Counted from the stretch's first letter, positions 9,564 through 20,140 are shown. The stretch is 64,000 nt of DNA from Fibrobacteria bacterium (GCA_043745805.1 JAYTSD010000004.1:192001-256000), one strand, 5' to 3'. The notes: a model not told the origin generated them from the letters alone. Program-made: numbers and translations.

Positions 9564-11183
9564 TTAATTGGGGCGTTTTCGTAAATGCGTATGCTTTAAA
9601 ACCGATAAGGTTTGGGGATAATCCAAATTATAATGTAAACCTCGTGATTCTTTGCGAGCCTTGGCACTCTTAATAATTAATTCCGCAATTAAAGTAAGAT
9701 TGCGTAATTCAATTAAATCCGGTTCAATAGAAAAGGACCAATAATCCTGATTAATTTGCTTACTGATGACGCGAATAAATTCACCGGCTCGTTGTAAACG
9801 AGAATTACTGCGCACAATGCCTACATATTGCCATAAAGTGGATTTTATAGTTTCCAAAGCATGGGAATAAAGTATAGTTTCGGGCACTGGCTTTAAATGA
9901 AAGTTATTCCAATCTTTAAACTGAATTAATTTGGGTCGCACTAAATAATTTTTGCTCCGATGCATTAATACATGTTGTAAGGCACGATCGGAAAAAACCA
10001 CCGCTTCTAATAAAGAATTACTCGCCAAACGATTCGCCCCATGCACACCTGTGCAAGCGGTTTCGCCTACGGCATAAAGGCCAGTTATATTGGTCGCAGA
10101 ACAATCATCCACCTTAACACCGCCACACATAAAATGAGCGGCTGGCACTACCGGTATCCATTTTTCAGATATATCTAATCCAAAACTCAAACAATGTTTA
10201 AAAATATTAGGAAAATGCTTTTGCAAATCTTTGCGACTAAAAGCCTTCATGTCTAAATAAACGCACGGTTGTCCGGATTTTTTAATCTCGGCATCGATAG
10301 CCCGTGCCACAATGTCTCTCGGCGCTAAGGATTTCATAGGATGCGTTTTATCCATAAAAGCCAAACCTTTATGATTGCGTAATATGCCGCCATGTCCCCG
10401 TAAGGCTTCGGAAATTAAATAAGTAGGATGTCCTGGATTATAAAAAGTAGTGGGATGAAATTGCATGAATTCCATATCTTCCACCGAGGCACCGGCACGG
10501 TAAGCCATCGCAATTCCATCTCCAGTAGAGACCGAGTCATTGGTAGTATGACTATAAACTTGCCCTGCTCCGCCCGTGCAAAGAACAGTTACGGCACCCA
10601 AAAACATTTCCACTTTATTTTTGTTCATATCGAGTGCATAAAGCCCAAAGCATTGCTCTTTGGATAAATGATGTTTTGGTTGAGCATGTTTTCCTGTCAC
10701 CAGATCAATCGCTAAAACATTTTCCAACATTTGGATATTCGAGTTTATTCTTGCCGCTTCAAGCAAAGCTCTTTGAATTTCATGACCGGTAATATCATCG
10801 GCATGTAAAATACGTTCGCGGGTATGGCCGCCTTCGCGCGCTAAATGAAATGGAATTAAGCCCTTGCCTTTTTTTTCCGCTCGCGTAAATCGAACGCCCC
10901 AATCCACCAGATTTTGAATGGCCTCTGGTCCTTGTGTCACTAAGATTTTCAAGGGTTTTGGACGGCATAAACCCGCGCCAGCTATCAATGTATCCTGAAT
11001 ATGCTGTTCTATAGAATCGCCCGGACTCATCACCGAGGCAATCCCACCTTGAGCCAAGGAAGTGGAGCCTGACCAACCCATTTTTTTGGTAAGAATAAGG
11101 ACTTTGCCATAAGCAGACGCTTTTAAAGCAAAGGATAAACCCGCAATACCCGAACCTACTACAACAAAATCGTAAACAGCCAT
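9564..11183 (-). CDS. nadB: L-aspartate oxidase
   Basis: GSGIAG, AQGGIA, REGGH, MQFHPT, LISEALRG, LAPRDIVAR, HGANRLASNSLLE, ESRGLHY. Confidence 0.95.
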   Translation of the reverse strand: MAVYDFVVVGSGIAGLSFALKASAYGKVLILTKKMGWSGSTSLAQGGIASVMSPGDSIEQHIQDTLIAGAGLCRPKPLKILVTQGPEAIQNLVDWGVRFTRAEKKGKGLIPFHLAREGGHTRERILHADDITGHEIQRALLEAARINSNIQMLENVLAIDLVTGKHAQPKHHLSKEQCFGLYALDMNKNKVEMFLGAVTVLCTGGAGQVYSHTTNDSVSTGDGIAMAYRAGASVEDMEFMQFHPTTFYNPGHPTYLISEALRGHGGILRNHKGLAFMDKTHPMKSLAPRDIVARAIDAEIKKSGQPCVYLDMKAFSRKDLQKHFPNIFKHCLSFGLDISEKWIPVVPAAHFMCGGVKVDDCSATNITGLYAVGETACTGVHGANRLASNSLLEAVVFSDRALQHVLMHRSKNYLVRPKLIQFKDWNNFHLKPVPETILYSHALETIKSTLWQYVGIVRSNSRLQRAGEFIRVISKQINQDYWSFSIEPDLIELRNLTLIAELIIKSAKARKESRGLHYNLDYPQTLSVLKHTHLRKRPN

Positions 11184-11317
11184 GCTTCCCTTTGCTCAAC
11201 AATTTGACGAGTTAAATATAACTTACGACTAAGCACCTGAATTAGCACCGAAGCACTTGCCGGTACTCCCTACCTAAGGTAAGTTTTATCCCTTTGTAAA
11301 ATCCGAGGTTTTTCTTT

Positions 11318-13171
11318 ATGAGTATGATGTGGTTGAAAAAGCAAGCCAAGTGGATCATCATCCCTTTTGGCGTTTTAATTGTTGTTGGTTTAGTGTGGAT
11401 GGATAGAGCGGGCGCAAGTCGTTCCTCACGAGATCATTCGTATGCAGGCAAGGTCGATGGCGAGGAAATTTCCGCCGAACGCTTTGTGATGGAAATGAAA
11501 AATTATGTGCATAGCGAAGAAATGCGCAGTGGAAAAGCTCCCGAAGGCGTGCAATTACAACAAATGCGCGAAGGACTTTTTAACTTTAAAGTTCAAAGTA
11601 TATTACTTGACAAACAATTCGCAAATTATGCATTAATGGCTTCTACCGATGAAATGCTCGACTATTTGTCCAAGCACCCTCAAGATGTAAGCGTGGCTAT
11701 TCGCCGATATAAAGGATATGAAGAACTCCCTTCTTTCATGGCTGATTCATCGATAGACGAAAATCGTTATCGTAATTGGCTTTCCCAAGATTCCGTATAT
11801 GATCGCGCCTCCATGCGTGAAATGGAAGTACAAATGAAAAGTACCGTAATTCCTCAAAGCCAATTGCAACAAATTATTAAAGCCCAAATACATCCCACCA
11901 ATTTGGAAGAAGCATTTGCCGTTGCAGGACGTGAAAACAAAGCCCGTTTAAAATTTTATGCCGTGGCTTTCGACTCCTTAAAAATTTCTGCCGACAAATA
12001 TAAAGACGAAGAATTACAAGCCTATTTTAAAGCCCATGCGGACAGCTTTACTTATGAAGAAGAAGGTGCGCAATTAGGTTATATACGCCTTAGCCTTACC
12101 CCCTCTAAAGGGGATAGTGTATTAATGTTTGATTTCGCAAAAGAACTTAAAGGCAAAGCCCTCGAAAATAAAAACTTTGCAGAATTAGCTAGCAGCTACT
12201 CTAATGATCCTGCTAGCGCAGAAAAAGGGGGTAACTTAGGGGGTTTTCATACTAGAGAAACTTGGACGCCCGCTTTCAGCGCTGCCGCATTTGCTTTAAA
12301 TCCTGGGGAAATTTCGGATCCTGTGCTTACCCCTTATGGCTATCACATCATTATGCTCAATGCAAAAAAAACCGATAGTGCGGTAGAAAAAGCCGACGTG
12401 AGCCATATCCTCTTAAAAATTACCGCCGGTGCAGAAACTCTTGATAGCTTACAAGAAAAGGCAAAGACTCTCAAAGAACTTGCCGAGAAAAAAGACGACC
12501 TTGCTGCCATCGCTAAGGAAAATAACTTGACTTATGAGAAGACTCCAATTTTTGACAAAACCAATCCCACGCCTATAAATGGAACTTATGTGCAAGGAAT
12601 TATTTCGTTTGCCTTTAGCCCGCATGAAAGTAAAGAAAAAATTTCCGATGCTTTGCAAAATGACGAAGCCATTTATCTCTTTGAAAAAGTTAAGCATTTT
12701 GCCAAAGGTTCGAGTTTTGAAAGAGCCAAAGCAAGAATTGCTGAATCCTTGCTAAAGCAAGAGAAAAAAGAATTTGCTGAAAAGGCATTAAATGAAGTTA
12801 AATCGCAAATTATGGCCAGCACTAGCAATTTTCAACCTAGCGTAGGTAAAGCCATTCTCGATAGCTCAGGTTTAATTAGTGCCGAAAGCTGGTTACCTAG
12901 TTATGGCTATGCAAGCCCAGCCTTATTTAAAGCGCTAAACCAAGCTCCCAATACTTGGGGACCTATTGCTTTAACAGAACAATCGGCGGCCATGGCCTTA
13001 GTGGTGGAAAAACAGGTTTTAAGCAATGAACAAATTCAAAGTAAAGCGGTGGTTATTCCCAATTCACAAAATGAAAACTTTTTAGTGTCTTCATTGTATC
13101 AAGAATGGGTTACCAGCTTACAAAAAAGCACAAAAATCGAAAACAATTTGGACATGTTATTTCGAGAGTAG
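11318..13171 (+). CDS. Membrane-anchored peptidyl-prolyl isomerase (SurA N-terminal domain / PpiD-like, parvulin)
   Basis: N-terminal TM, KVDGEEIS, parvulin motifs FAELASSYSNDPAS, GGNLG, EISDPVLTPYGYHII. Confidence 0.85.
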   Translation: MSMMWLKKQAKWIIIPFGVLIVVGLVWMDRAGASRSSRDHSYAGKVDGEEISAERFVMEMKNYVHSEEMRSGKAPEGVQLQQMREGLFNFKVQSILLDKQFANYALMASTDEMLDYLSKHPQDVSVAIRRYKGYEELPSFMADSSIDENRYRNWLSQDSVYDRASMREMEVQMKSTVIPQSQLQQIIKAQIHPTNLEEAFAVAGRENKARLKFYAVAFDSLKISADKYKDEELQAYFKAHADSFTYEEEGAQLGYIRLSLTPSKGDSVLMFDFAKELKGKALENKNFAELASSYSNDPASAEKGGNLGGFHTRETWTPAFSAAAFALNPGEISDPVLTPYGYHIIMLNAKKTDSAVEKADVSHILLKITAGAETLDSLQEKAKTLKELAEKKDDLAAIAKENNLTYEKTPIFDKTNPTPINGTYVQGIISFAFSPHESKEKISDALQNDEAIYLFEKVKHFAKGSSFERAKARIAESLLKQEKKEFAEKALNEVKSQIMASTSNFQPSVGKAILDSSGLISAESWLPSYGYASPALFKALNQAPNTWGPIALTEQSAAMALVVEKQVLSNEQIQSKAVVIPNSQNENFLVSSLYQEWVTSLQKSTKIENNLDMLFRE

Positions 13172-13237
13172 GACTCAGATGCCAAGCTTTTTCGCAAGCA
13201 GAGTTGCTTTAATAAAAAAGCTTGGTAGATTACCCAT

Positions 13238-13381
13238 ATGAAAAAGTTGCTTTTATTGTCCTTACTTAGTTTTACCCTGTTTGGCCTAGGAAATGTTTTT
13301 TCCAAAGCCTTCAGTGCACATACTACCGCAAAAGCTTCTAGTGTTTCTGAATGGGCTAAGTTTAAAGACTTATTCCATTAA
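13238..13381 (+). CDS. Small 47-aa putative secreted/membrane peptide (below the ORF-track cutoff)
   Basis: MKKLLLLSLLSFTLFGLGNVFSKAFSAHTTAKASSVSEWAKFKDLFH*; signal-peptide-like N-terminus; fills the intergenic gap. Confidence 0.55.
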   Translation: MKKLLLLSLLSFTLFGLGNVFSKAFSAHTTAKASSVSEWAKFKDLFH

Positions 13382-13498
13382 TTTTAAACCGCAGTTAGAA
13401 GCTAAATAATCTCTAAGATTGGGACCGAACCCTAATCTTAATTTCTTTTCCGCATTGCTTTTATATTTTCCACCGCCTACAATCGATTCTGTGGTCTT

Positions 13499-14557
13499 AT
13501 GCTAGAATCTAAAGGAAATATTCTTATTGTAGATGATGAACCTTCCATCTGCAATGTGATCTGTGACTATTTAAAACTTCAAGGTTATTCCTGTATGAGC
13601 GCAAATGCCGTAGATACCGCTTTGCAAACTTTACAAGAACATTATGTGGACTGCATTCTCTCCGACATTAAAATGCCAGGAAGAACTGGTTTAGATTTAC
13701 TGCGTGAAGTAAAAACTTATTGGCCCGATATGGCGATTATTTTATTTACCGGCAATGCGGAAATTCATACTGCCGTCGCGTCCATGCAAGATGGTGCTTA
13801 TGATTTTATTTTAAAACCGATTCAGCTCAAGCAAGTTACTCATAGCATTACCAATGCTTTAGAAAAAAAACGTTTAAAACATGAAGTACGCCTCTATCAG
13901 AAAAGTTTAGAAAAGCTGGTGATGGAAAGAACCTCGCAAATTAAAGAAGCCATGAAGGCTCTTGAAGGTTCGCATTTAGATACTATAAATCGTTTATGTA
14001 ATGCGGCCGAATACCGCGACGATGAAACCGGCTATCATGTTTTACGCATAGGCAAATATTGTGAAGTACTCGCGAGAGGCTTAGGTTTTAATGAAGAAGA
14101 CATTTGGTTTTTAGCTAAAGCCAGTCCTTTGCATGATATCGGTAAAATTGGCATACCCGATTCTATTCTATTAAAGCCCGCAAAGTTAACGATTCAAGAA
14201 TTTGATATCATGAAAAAGCATGCAGAAATTGGTGGGGAAATTTTAAAAAATGCCTCTTCCAAGGTTTTACAAATAGCAGAAGCGGTAGCCATTAGTCATC
14301 ATGAAAAATGGGATGGTTCCGGTTATCCTCGCGGCTTAAAACAAGAAGAGATCCCCATTATGGGACGTATCACCGCGGTTGCGGATGTCTTTGATGCTTT
14401 AACCATGAAACGCTGTTATAAACCCGCATTTCCTTTAGAAACTTCAGTACGAATTATTTTGGAAGGCAAGGGACAACATTTCGATCCCCATATCGTAGAT
14501 GTTTTCTCCAGTCAAATTGATAAAATCGTACAAATTCATAAAGAATATTCAGACTAA
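13499..14557 (+). CDS. Response regulator with HD-GYP c-di-GMP phosphodiesterase domain (RpfG family)
   Basis: REC domain (ILIVDDE, SDIKMP), ETGYHVLR, LHDIGKIG, HHEKWDGSGYP, ADVFDAL. Confidence 0.93.
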   Translation: MLESKGNILIVDDEPSICNVICDYLKLQGYSCMSANAVDTALQTLQEHYVDCILSDIKMPGRTGLDLLREVKTYWPDMAIILFTGNAEIHTAVASMQDGAYDFILKPIQLKQVTHSITNALEKKRLKHEVRLYQKSLEKLVMERTSQIKEAMKALEGSHLDTINRLCNAAEYRDDETGYHVLRIGKYCEVLARGLGFNEEDIWFLAKASPLHDIGKIGIPDSILLKPAKLTIQEFDIMKKHAEIGGEILKNASSKVLQIAEAVAISHHEKWDGSGYPRGLKQEEIPIMGRITAVADVFDALTMKRCYKPAFPLETSVRIILEGKGQHFDPHIVDVFSSQIDKIVQIHKEYSD

Positions 14558-14566
14558 AAAATGCTT

Positions 14567-14612
14567 AAGACAATAAAAAAGGCGGTTATAAAACCGCCTT
14601 TTTTATTGTCTT
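14567..14612. terminator. Bidirectional intrinsic terminator
   Basis: Perfect 21-bp inverted repeat aagacaataaaaaaggcggtt / aaccgccttttttattgtctt between convergent genes. Confidence 0.9.
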
Positions 14613-14643
14613 TTCTCAACTAAAAGTTGTTGGAAAAATTGCC

Positions 14644-17600
14644 TTATAATTTGATTAAACTTTTTAATGCTTTATACTTTCCTTTGGCATTTGTTGCTTC
14701 CAAAGACAAATTATATAAGCCTTTAGGCAAAAGATTATTGGTATTGTCACGGCCATCCCATACATAGTCTAAAGTTTTTTGACCGGTAAAAGTTCGTGTC
14801 CAAACCTGTTTTCCTTTGGCATCAAAGATTTTCAAAACCATGTCCGAACTTTGATCTATGGGTAAAGCATAATGCAATTGTACTTGATTTAAAAAAGGAT
14901 TGGGATAGCCGGTTAAATTAAGCGTTGAAAGCGATGCGAACCCTGTAAGCACCGATTTTGCATCGCCCGAAACAATTTGATAAGTATTCTTTTTCAAATC
15001 AGCTGCTGATAAGGTAACCGCTGAATCCACGGTTAAAGGATAAGCGATTTGATGATTGATATCAACTAAACTTACTGGAATGCCATAGATATTATCTTCT
15101 AAAACAAAATTAACAGCTTCATCTTTTTGCAAGGATTTAAAGTCTAGTAACCAGCTTCCTTGCATTCCTTCACCGCTTTGAATCATACGAGAAAAGGTTT
15201 GCTTTGATTCAATTCCATTTTTTAAACTCGCATAAAAATTTTGATTAGGAACCAAAGGAGCTTCGCCTATGATTTCAGTATTTGCATTTTTGCCAATGCC
15301 AAGATACATGGAAGCGGAAGAATTAAAGGCCTTTATATTGGCAGACCAGCCTTGTGTAGATTTTTTCGCAGCAACAAAAACCGCACGATTTACATCAAGT
15401 ACAGGAAAACTCAAACTTCCACCTGCAGCCGATTTCGCGGTATATCCTTCCCAAGGACTTAAGATATCCCCATCAGCAACTATTCTCCACGCTTTGTTGT
15501 CAATATCATAGTGATATGCGACGACATCTCCGGCGGACAAAGCATGAATGTTTTTCCAACGCATTTTGAAATTAAAAGGCAAACCAAAATCTGTCCAAAC
15601 CGCGGCGGGTAAGGGCAAAGAAAATGTTTGATAATCTAAGGATGTTGCTAAGGTTGATTTTGGCGTGTAAGTAACCAAGGAAGCCGTCCAAATCGCATTT
15701 CCAGAATGAAAGGTCACGCCATCATGTGCAGTCGCACCCGTGTATTTTATAAAGCTGCTCGGGTTATATTTCCAAATTGCAAAACTATTAATGTCCCAAC
15801 TATCGCTAGCAAATATTTTTGCTAAAATTCCTGTCTCGGCTTCCTGCCAAGGATAAGCAAACAAATTCCATTTTGCATTATCATACCCTTTTTTTTCATC
15901 TGCGGGGACATCGTCAACCACTTGTCTACGAATATATCCGGTACTTCGTGAAACTTTACCACCATCGAATACCGTAAAAACAACTTCAAAGCTTCTCATT
16001 TTGCCGGAATTAACTGCACCTGTTGAAGTGGTTGTCGCAAAGGCTACAGAAAAATTTGAAGGCTTGATAAGAATAGAGATATTGTCTGATGTCAAATCTC
16101 CGGTAGGACTAATAACCAATGCTTTACTTCTTGTATTAATTACATCAGAAAAATCCGCTTCTGGCAGACTTGGATTCAAAGCAAAAGGCTTTTTTATTTG
16201 CGAACTATCACCCGGATTAGTTATGTCTTCTATGCCGGCTTTCACTAGGTATTTTGCAAGGCGACTTCTTTTTAAAGAATCGCCAAGACTTATAAAACTC
16301 GAAGTAATTAGGTCTATTTTATTATTTGATATTATGGAAAAGGCCTTAGAATAAATCGAAGCTGAAGTTACCCCCCCTGCAGGAATAACATTCACAAGAA
16401 TTAATGGATTCGCTGTTATAAAACCGGTTCCTGAAAAATCGAAAGGAATTGTTTTCCCATTACTAACCATTGAGTCTGTTAAAATAGGAGTCAATGCACC
16501 CTTAGAAACAATATCGATCTTTCCACCTGAAGAAGCTGTTGGAAGCCCAAAGGCATAGGTAGAAGCACCAGGTTCTTGATCGTAAATGGTAAGCTTTCTT
16601 GAGTTGGCGGAAATATTTTCCATTTTCCATTCGGGCATTAAAGTTGGCAAACCCGAAGCATTTAATTTGAAAAGCTCCAAGCCTGCAGTAGTAATGGCCG
16701 AATCAAATTGTATTTCAATTCTGTAACCCTGATCAGACCCATTCGTTAAATCGTTCTCAGTAATATTGGTAGATATTTTTGGTATAGTCGATAAACTAAT
16801 ACCGTGCACAACAGTTCCCGTAGGAACTGTTGTGAAAATTGGACTTGCAACAATACCATTAGTTGCAGGTTTATTAAAAATCACATTGCTTTTAATTAAT
16901 TTATCGAAGGGCGCTGCTGGTTTAAAATATCCACTTTGAGCAGCTGGAGGGCAATCTTTTGTTCCGTTAATTTTGCATTCGCCACCTGAAATGATATTTT
17001 CAAGAGTTACTATCACAACACTATCTCTATGGCCAATACTACTTGGGCTAACAACAAATGCCGCACGGAAAAAATATTTAGTTGCATCAATAAGATTTTG
17101 AGCGGAATCAATAATACTTCCAGAATTTAACTTTGCGAGTGGATAAACTTTTTTGTCGGTAGTAGCGTCCGTATAACTGTCCAGTTCACGAGTAGCCCAC
17201 CAAACTGCCACCGAGTCAGCGTCTGCAGGATCAAAATTATTACTGACCACGGTAAACTTTAAGCGAGAATATTCGCCTGCATTTTGCACACTTAAAGAAA
17301 GCTTCCCTAGGAGTGGTTTTGGATTTCCTTGAATAAATTGATATTCAAATGCACCCACTTCCGACTTACTCGAACGTAATAATCCACGATAATCTGTAGC
17401 GACAGTATCCGTAGCATTTGAACCCGCAAATAAGGAGGAGCAGCCGATGGATCCGATAAGTTGGCAATCCATGACTTTAGCAAATGCGGATTCTAAATTC
17501 GCAAGATAAGCTAAACCTCGGAAACCACTGGAAACATCTAATGAACGCGCCAAATCCAAAACTGGACTTTCCGTAATTCCCTGTCTATTTGGTGCCGAAG

Positions 17601-18429
17601 AGTAAGCGTTATTTTTTAAAATGATTTTTTTTCCTGATAGCGATGCATCATAAGGATCTTTGATTCCTGAGAAATAATTATTAGAAATACTTGCCGACAT
17701 GCTAGTTGCCAAAGTATTAATACCGGAGGACACTGGAGTAGTCGCATCATCAATAAAAGTATTATTCAAAATTTTCACTGTATCACTTGTAGTAGTGCCT
17801 GAAACTTGAATGTTTTTATTAAATCCGATAAACACATTACTGATAATCCTTAGAGGTTGAGTTACTCCATTAATAATGTTTATAGCAGGAACATTCACAT
17901 TTGCACCAATCGCACCAGGACGAAAAATATTTCCCACTAAAGTCACTACTCCTCCACCGCCAATATTAACTGCTGGAGAGGTCGCCGCAATAGGCATTTC
18001 AATCAACAGTCCCTTGATCGTTACATTACTGCGAGCGGAAGGTATGCTTAATGCAGGCAATCCTCCGGTACTGCTCTTTAGCACACCCCTTTTATCTGCG
18101 TATCTCGTGGGAGCTGCCCCTGGAGCAGTGCTTTTATCGGAAGTTATTAATAAAGGCAAATTACTTGCTGAATCTAAGCTTAAATTAGTTATTACGGAGG
18201 AATCCATAATAACTAGAGTTCCCCCTTTTTTACCTAAAACTTTTAAGACACTATCCATACAGTTGGATTGTCCACGTTGAGTAGCCGGTCGGGAAATCAA
18301 GGTAGCACAGGCTTGACCAACCCAAAGCGTATCACCTGATGCAAAAGCAGATATTGCTGCATTCGCATTGGAAGAAAGGCCCAAAAATAGAGCAGACAAA
18401 ACGAATATCCCGACCACGATTTTTTGCAT
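14644..18429 (-). CDS. Large secreted protein: beta-helix-like N-terminal region, C-terminal FlgD-Ig / T9SS-CTD-like domain
   Basis: Signal peptide (ANA-A), repeated 'ISNVF/LNNTF/SNNYF' beta-helix rungs, TDYRGLLR..VGAFEYQ, C-terminal YPNPF...KIFDAKGK...WDGRDN...GLY. Confidence 0.7.
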   Translation of the reverse strand: MQKIVVGIFVLSALFLGLSSNANAAISAFASGDTLWVGQACATLISRPATQRGQSNCMDSVLKVLGKKGGTLVIMDSSVITNLSLDSASNLPLLITSDKSTAPGAAPTRYADKRGVLKSSTGGLPALSIPSARSNVTIKGLLIEMPIAATSPAVNIGGGGVVTLVGNIFRPGAIGANVNVPAINIINGVTQPLRIISNVFIGFNKNIQVSGTTTSDTVKILNNTFIDDATTPVSSGINTLATSMSASISNNYFSGIKDPYDASLSGKKIILKNNAYSSAPNRQGITESPVLDLARSLDVSSGFRGLAYLANLESAFAKVMDCQLIGSIGCSSLFAGSNATDTVATDYRGLLRSSKSEVGAFEYQFIQGNPKPLLGKLSLSVQNAGEYSRLKFTVVSNNFDPADADSVAVWWATRELDSYTDATTDKKVYPLAKLNSGSIIDSAQNLIDATKYFFRAAFVVSPSSIGHRDSVVIVTLENIISGGECKINGTKDCPPAAQSGYFKPAAPFDKLIKSNVIFNKPATNGIVASPIFTTVPTGTVVHGISLSTIPKISTNITENDLTNGSDQGYRIEIQFDSAITTAGLELFKLNASGLPTLMPEWKMENISANSRKLTIYDQEPGASTYAFGLPTASSGGKIDIVSKGALTPILTDSMVSNGKTIPFDFSGTGFITANPLILVNVIPAGGVTSASIYSKAFSIISNNKIDLITSSFISLGDSLKRSRLAKYLVKAGIEDITNPGDSSQIKKPFALNPSLPEADFSDVINTRSKALVISPTGDLTSDNISILIKPSNFSVAFATTTSTGAVNSGKMRSFEVVFTVFDGGKVSRSTGYIRRQVVDDVPADEKKGYDNAKWNLFAYPWQEAETGILAKIFASDSWDINSFAIWKYNPSSFIKYTGATAHDGVTFHSGNAIWTASLVTYTPKSTLATSLDYQTFSLPLPAAVWTDFGLPFNFKMRWKNIHALSAGDVVAYHYDIDNKAWRIVADGDILSPWEGYTAKSAAGGSLSFPVLDVNRAVFVAAKKSTQGWSANIKAFNSSASMYLGIGKNANTEIIGEAPLVPNQNFYASLKNGIESKQTFSRMIQSGEGMQGSWLLDFKSLQKDEAVNFVLEDNIYGIPVSLVDINHQIAYPLTVDSAVTLSAADLKKNTYQIVSGDAKSVLTGFASLSTLNLTGYPNPFLNQVQLHYALPIDQSSDMVLKIFDAKGKQVWTRTFTGQKTLDYVWDGRDNTNNLLPKGLYNLSLEATNAKGKYKALKSLIKL

Positions 18430-18627
18430 AATTTAGTCCTATAGCTGTTGTTGATCAGCCCTACCCCTAAGATAGCTTTTAACTGCATTCTAACCATACA
18501 AAAAGTGAGCCTTTCAGGTAAAAACGAGGTTTAAATTATCGACATTATCCTGCATACAAATTCATATTTAAGGGTTTGTAGGCTAGGTCTGTTAAAGAAA
18601 TGCAAATTTATTATACTTGTGGGTCTT

Positions 18628-18699
18628 GGTGTGTTCGTCTAGTGGTTAGGACGGTGCCCTCTCACGGCGCAAGCAGGGGTTCAACTCCCCTACGCACTA
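18628..18699 (+). tRNA. tRNA-Glu (anticodon CTC), CCA not encoded
   Basis: Cloverleaf: acceptor GGTGTGT/ACGCACT, anticodon arm GTGCC-CT-CTC-AC-GGCGC, T-arm AGGGG-TTCAACT-CCCCT. Confidence 0.93.
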
Positions 18700-18860
18700 A
18701 GAAAATAGCTCATGATTTTTCCTCTTTCTTTGCTTGTGAACCTATTCGATTAAACGTACCTTACCGCTCATCAATGAATTGTCGTTTCTTGCGAAGCTAC
18801 TTTCTTTTGTAAAGATTAATTCTGTATAATCCAACCATGTTTTAAACAAGGATTCAGCAT

Positions 18861-20105
18861 ATGGACAGCTTATTAGCCATGATTTTGGCAGGTGGACAAG
18901 GATCTCGCTTACAACCGCTCACCAATGAAAGAGCAAAACCCGCCGTGCATTTTGGTGGTAAATACCGCGTTATTGATTTTGTACTCAATAATTTTATGAA
19001 TTCGGGATTTTATCAGATTAAAGTTTTAACGCAATTCAAAAGCGATTCCTTAAATCGGCATATTGCTACGGGCTGGTCACTGAATCGAAATCTAGATCAG
19101 TATGTGGATTTAGTACCTGCGCAAATGCGTACCGGCAGTAATTGGTATACCGGAACGGCGGATGCCATTTATCAGAATGTAAATCTTATTCGTGATGTAC
19201 GTCCCGATCACGTAGCCATTTTTGGCGGCGATCATATCTATAAAATGGATGTGAATCAAATGTTACAGTATCATGTAACGAAATCCGCTATGGCCACTAT
19301 ATCCGCCATCCCGGTTCCTTTGGATGAAGCCCGAAGTTTTGGCGTTATTGAAGTGAATGAAGAAGGGCGCATGATTGGGTTTGAAGAAAAACCGGATAGA
19401 CCAAAATCTATTCCTGGCCTTCCAGGATGGGCTTTAGCGTCGATGGGTAATTATATTTTCAATAGTAAATTTTTAGTTCGCGAACTCTTAAGTGATAGCA
19501 AATTAGAACATTCGCATCATGATTTTGGACGCGATATTTTACCTTCGATTTATAATGATCATCCCGTTTATGTTTATGACTTTAATACCAATCGTATTCG
19601 CGGAGAAAAAGAAATTAGCTGGGGCTATTGGAAGGATATTGGCACCATTGAAGCCTTTTATGAAGCCAATTTAGAATGCTGTGCCGTGTCTCCGGTTTTT
19701 AATCTATATAATTCCAAATGGCCCTTAAGAACTATCAATTGGAATTTGCCTCCTGCCAAATTTGTTTTTGGAAAATCGGATCCCGAAGGGCGTTTAGGCC
19801 AGGCATGGGACTCCATTGTATGCGAAGGCTGTATTGTATCCGGTGGACGCGTAGAGCATTCCATTCTCTCTCCCGGTTGTTATATACATAGCCATTCCCA
19901 AATCGCGAATTCGATTTTATTTCCAGATGTAGACGTGGGACGAGGTGCAAAAATTCAAAATGCCATTATTGAAAAAGGCATAAAGATACCTGCGGGCTTT
20001 GAAGTGGGAGTTAATCTTGATTTAGATCGGGAGCGTTTTCATGTGACCGATAGTGGTATTGTTGTTATTGCCAAAGATACTATTATTCATCAACCAGGAA
20101 TGTAG
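18861..20105 (+). CDS. glgC: Glucose-1-phosphate adenylyltransferase
   Basis: ILAGGQGSRL, RAKPAVHFGG, WYTGTADAIYQN, GDHIYKMD, ASMGNYIF, HDFGRD, YWKDIGT. Confidence 0.97.
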   Translation: MDSLLAMILAGGQGSRLQPLTNERAKPAVHFGGKYRVIDFVLNNFMNSGFYQIKVLTQFKSDSLNRHIATGWSLNRNLDQYVDLVPAQMRTGSNWYTGTADAIYQNVNLIRDVRPDHVAIFGGDHIYKMDVNQMLQYHVTKSAMATISAIPVPLDEARSFGVIEVNEEGRMIGFEEKPDRPKSIPGLPGWALASMGNYIFNSKFLVRELLSDSKLEHSHHDFGRDILPSIYNDHPVYVYDFNTNRIRGEKEISWGYWKDIGTIEAFYEANLECCAVSPVFNLYNSKWPLRTINWNLPPAKFVFGKSDPEGRLGQAWDSIVCEGCIVSGGRVEHSILSPGCYIHSHSQIANSILFPDVDVGRGAKIQNAIIEKGIKIPAGFEVGVNLDLDRERFHVTDSGIVVIAKDTIIHQPGM

Positions 20106-20118
20106 TTTCTATAAAACT

Positions 20119-20140
20119 TATGTAACACAAGTGTTACATA
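20119..20140. promoter_or_regulatory. Perfect palindrome between glgC and pgm, candidate transcription-factor site
   Basis: tatgtaacac-aa-gtgttacata. Confidence 0.45.

Noticed and set aside
18600-18812. 70-aa ORF in the ORF track
   Set aside because: It spans tRNA-Glu(CTC) and is spurious
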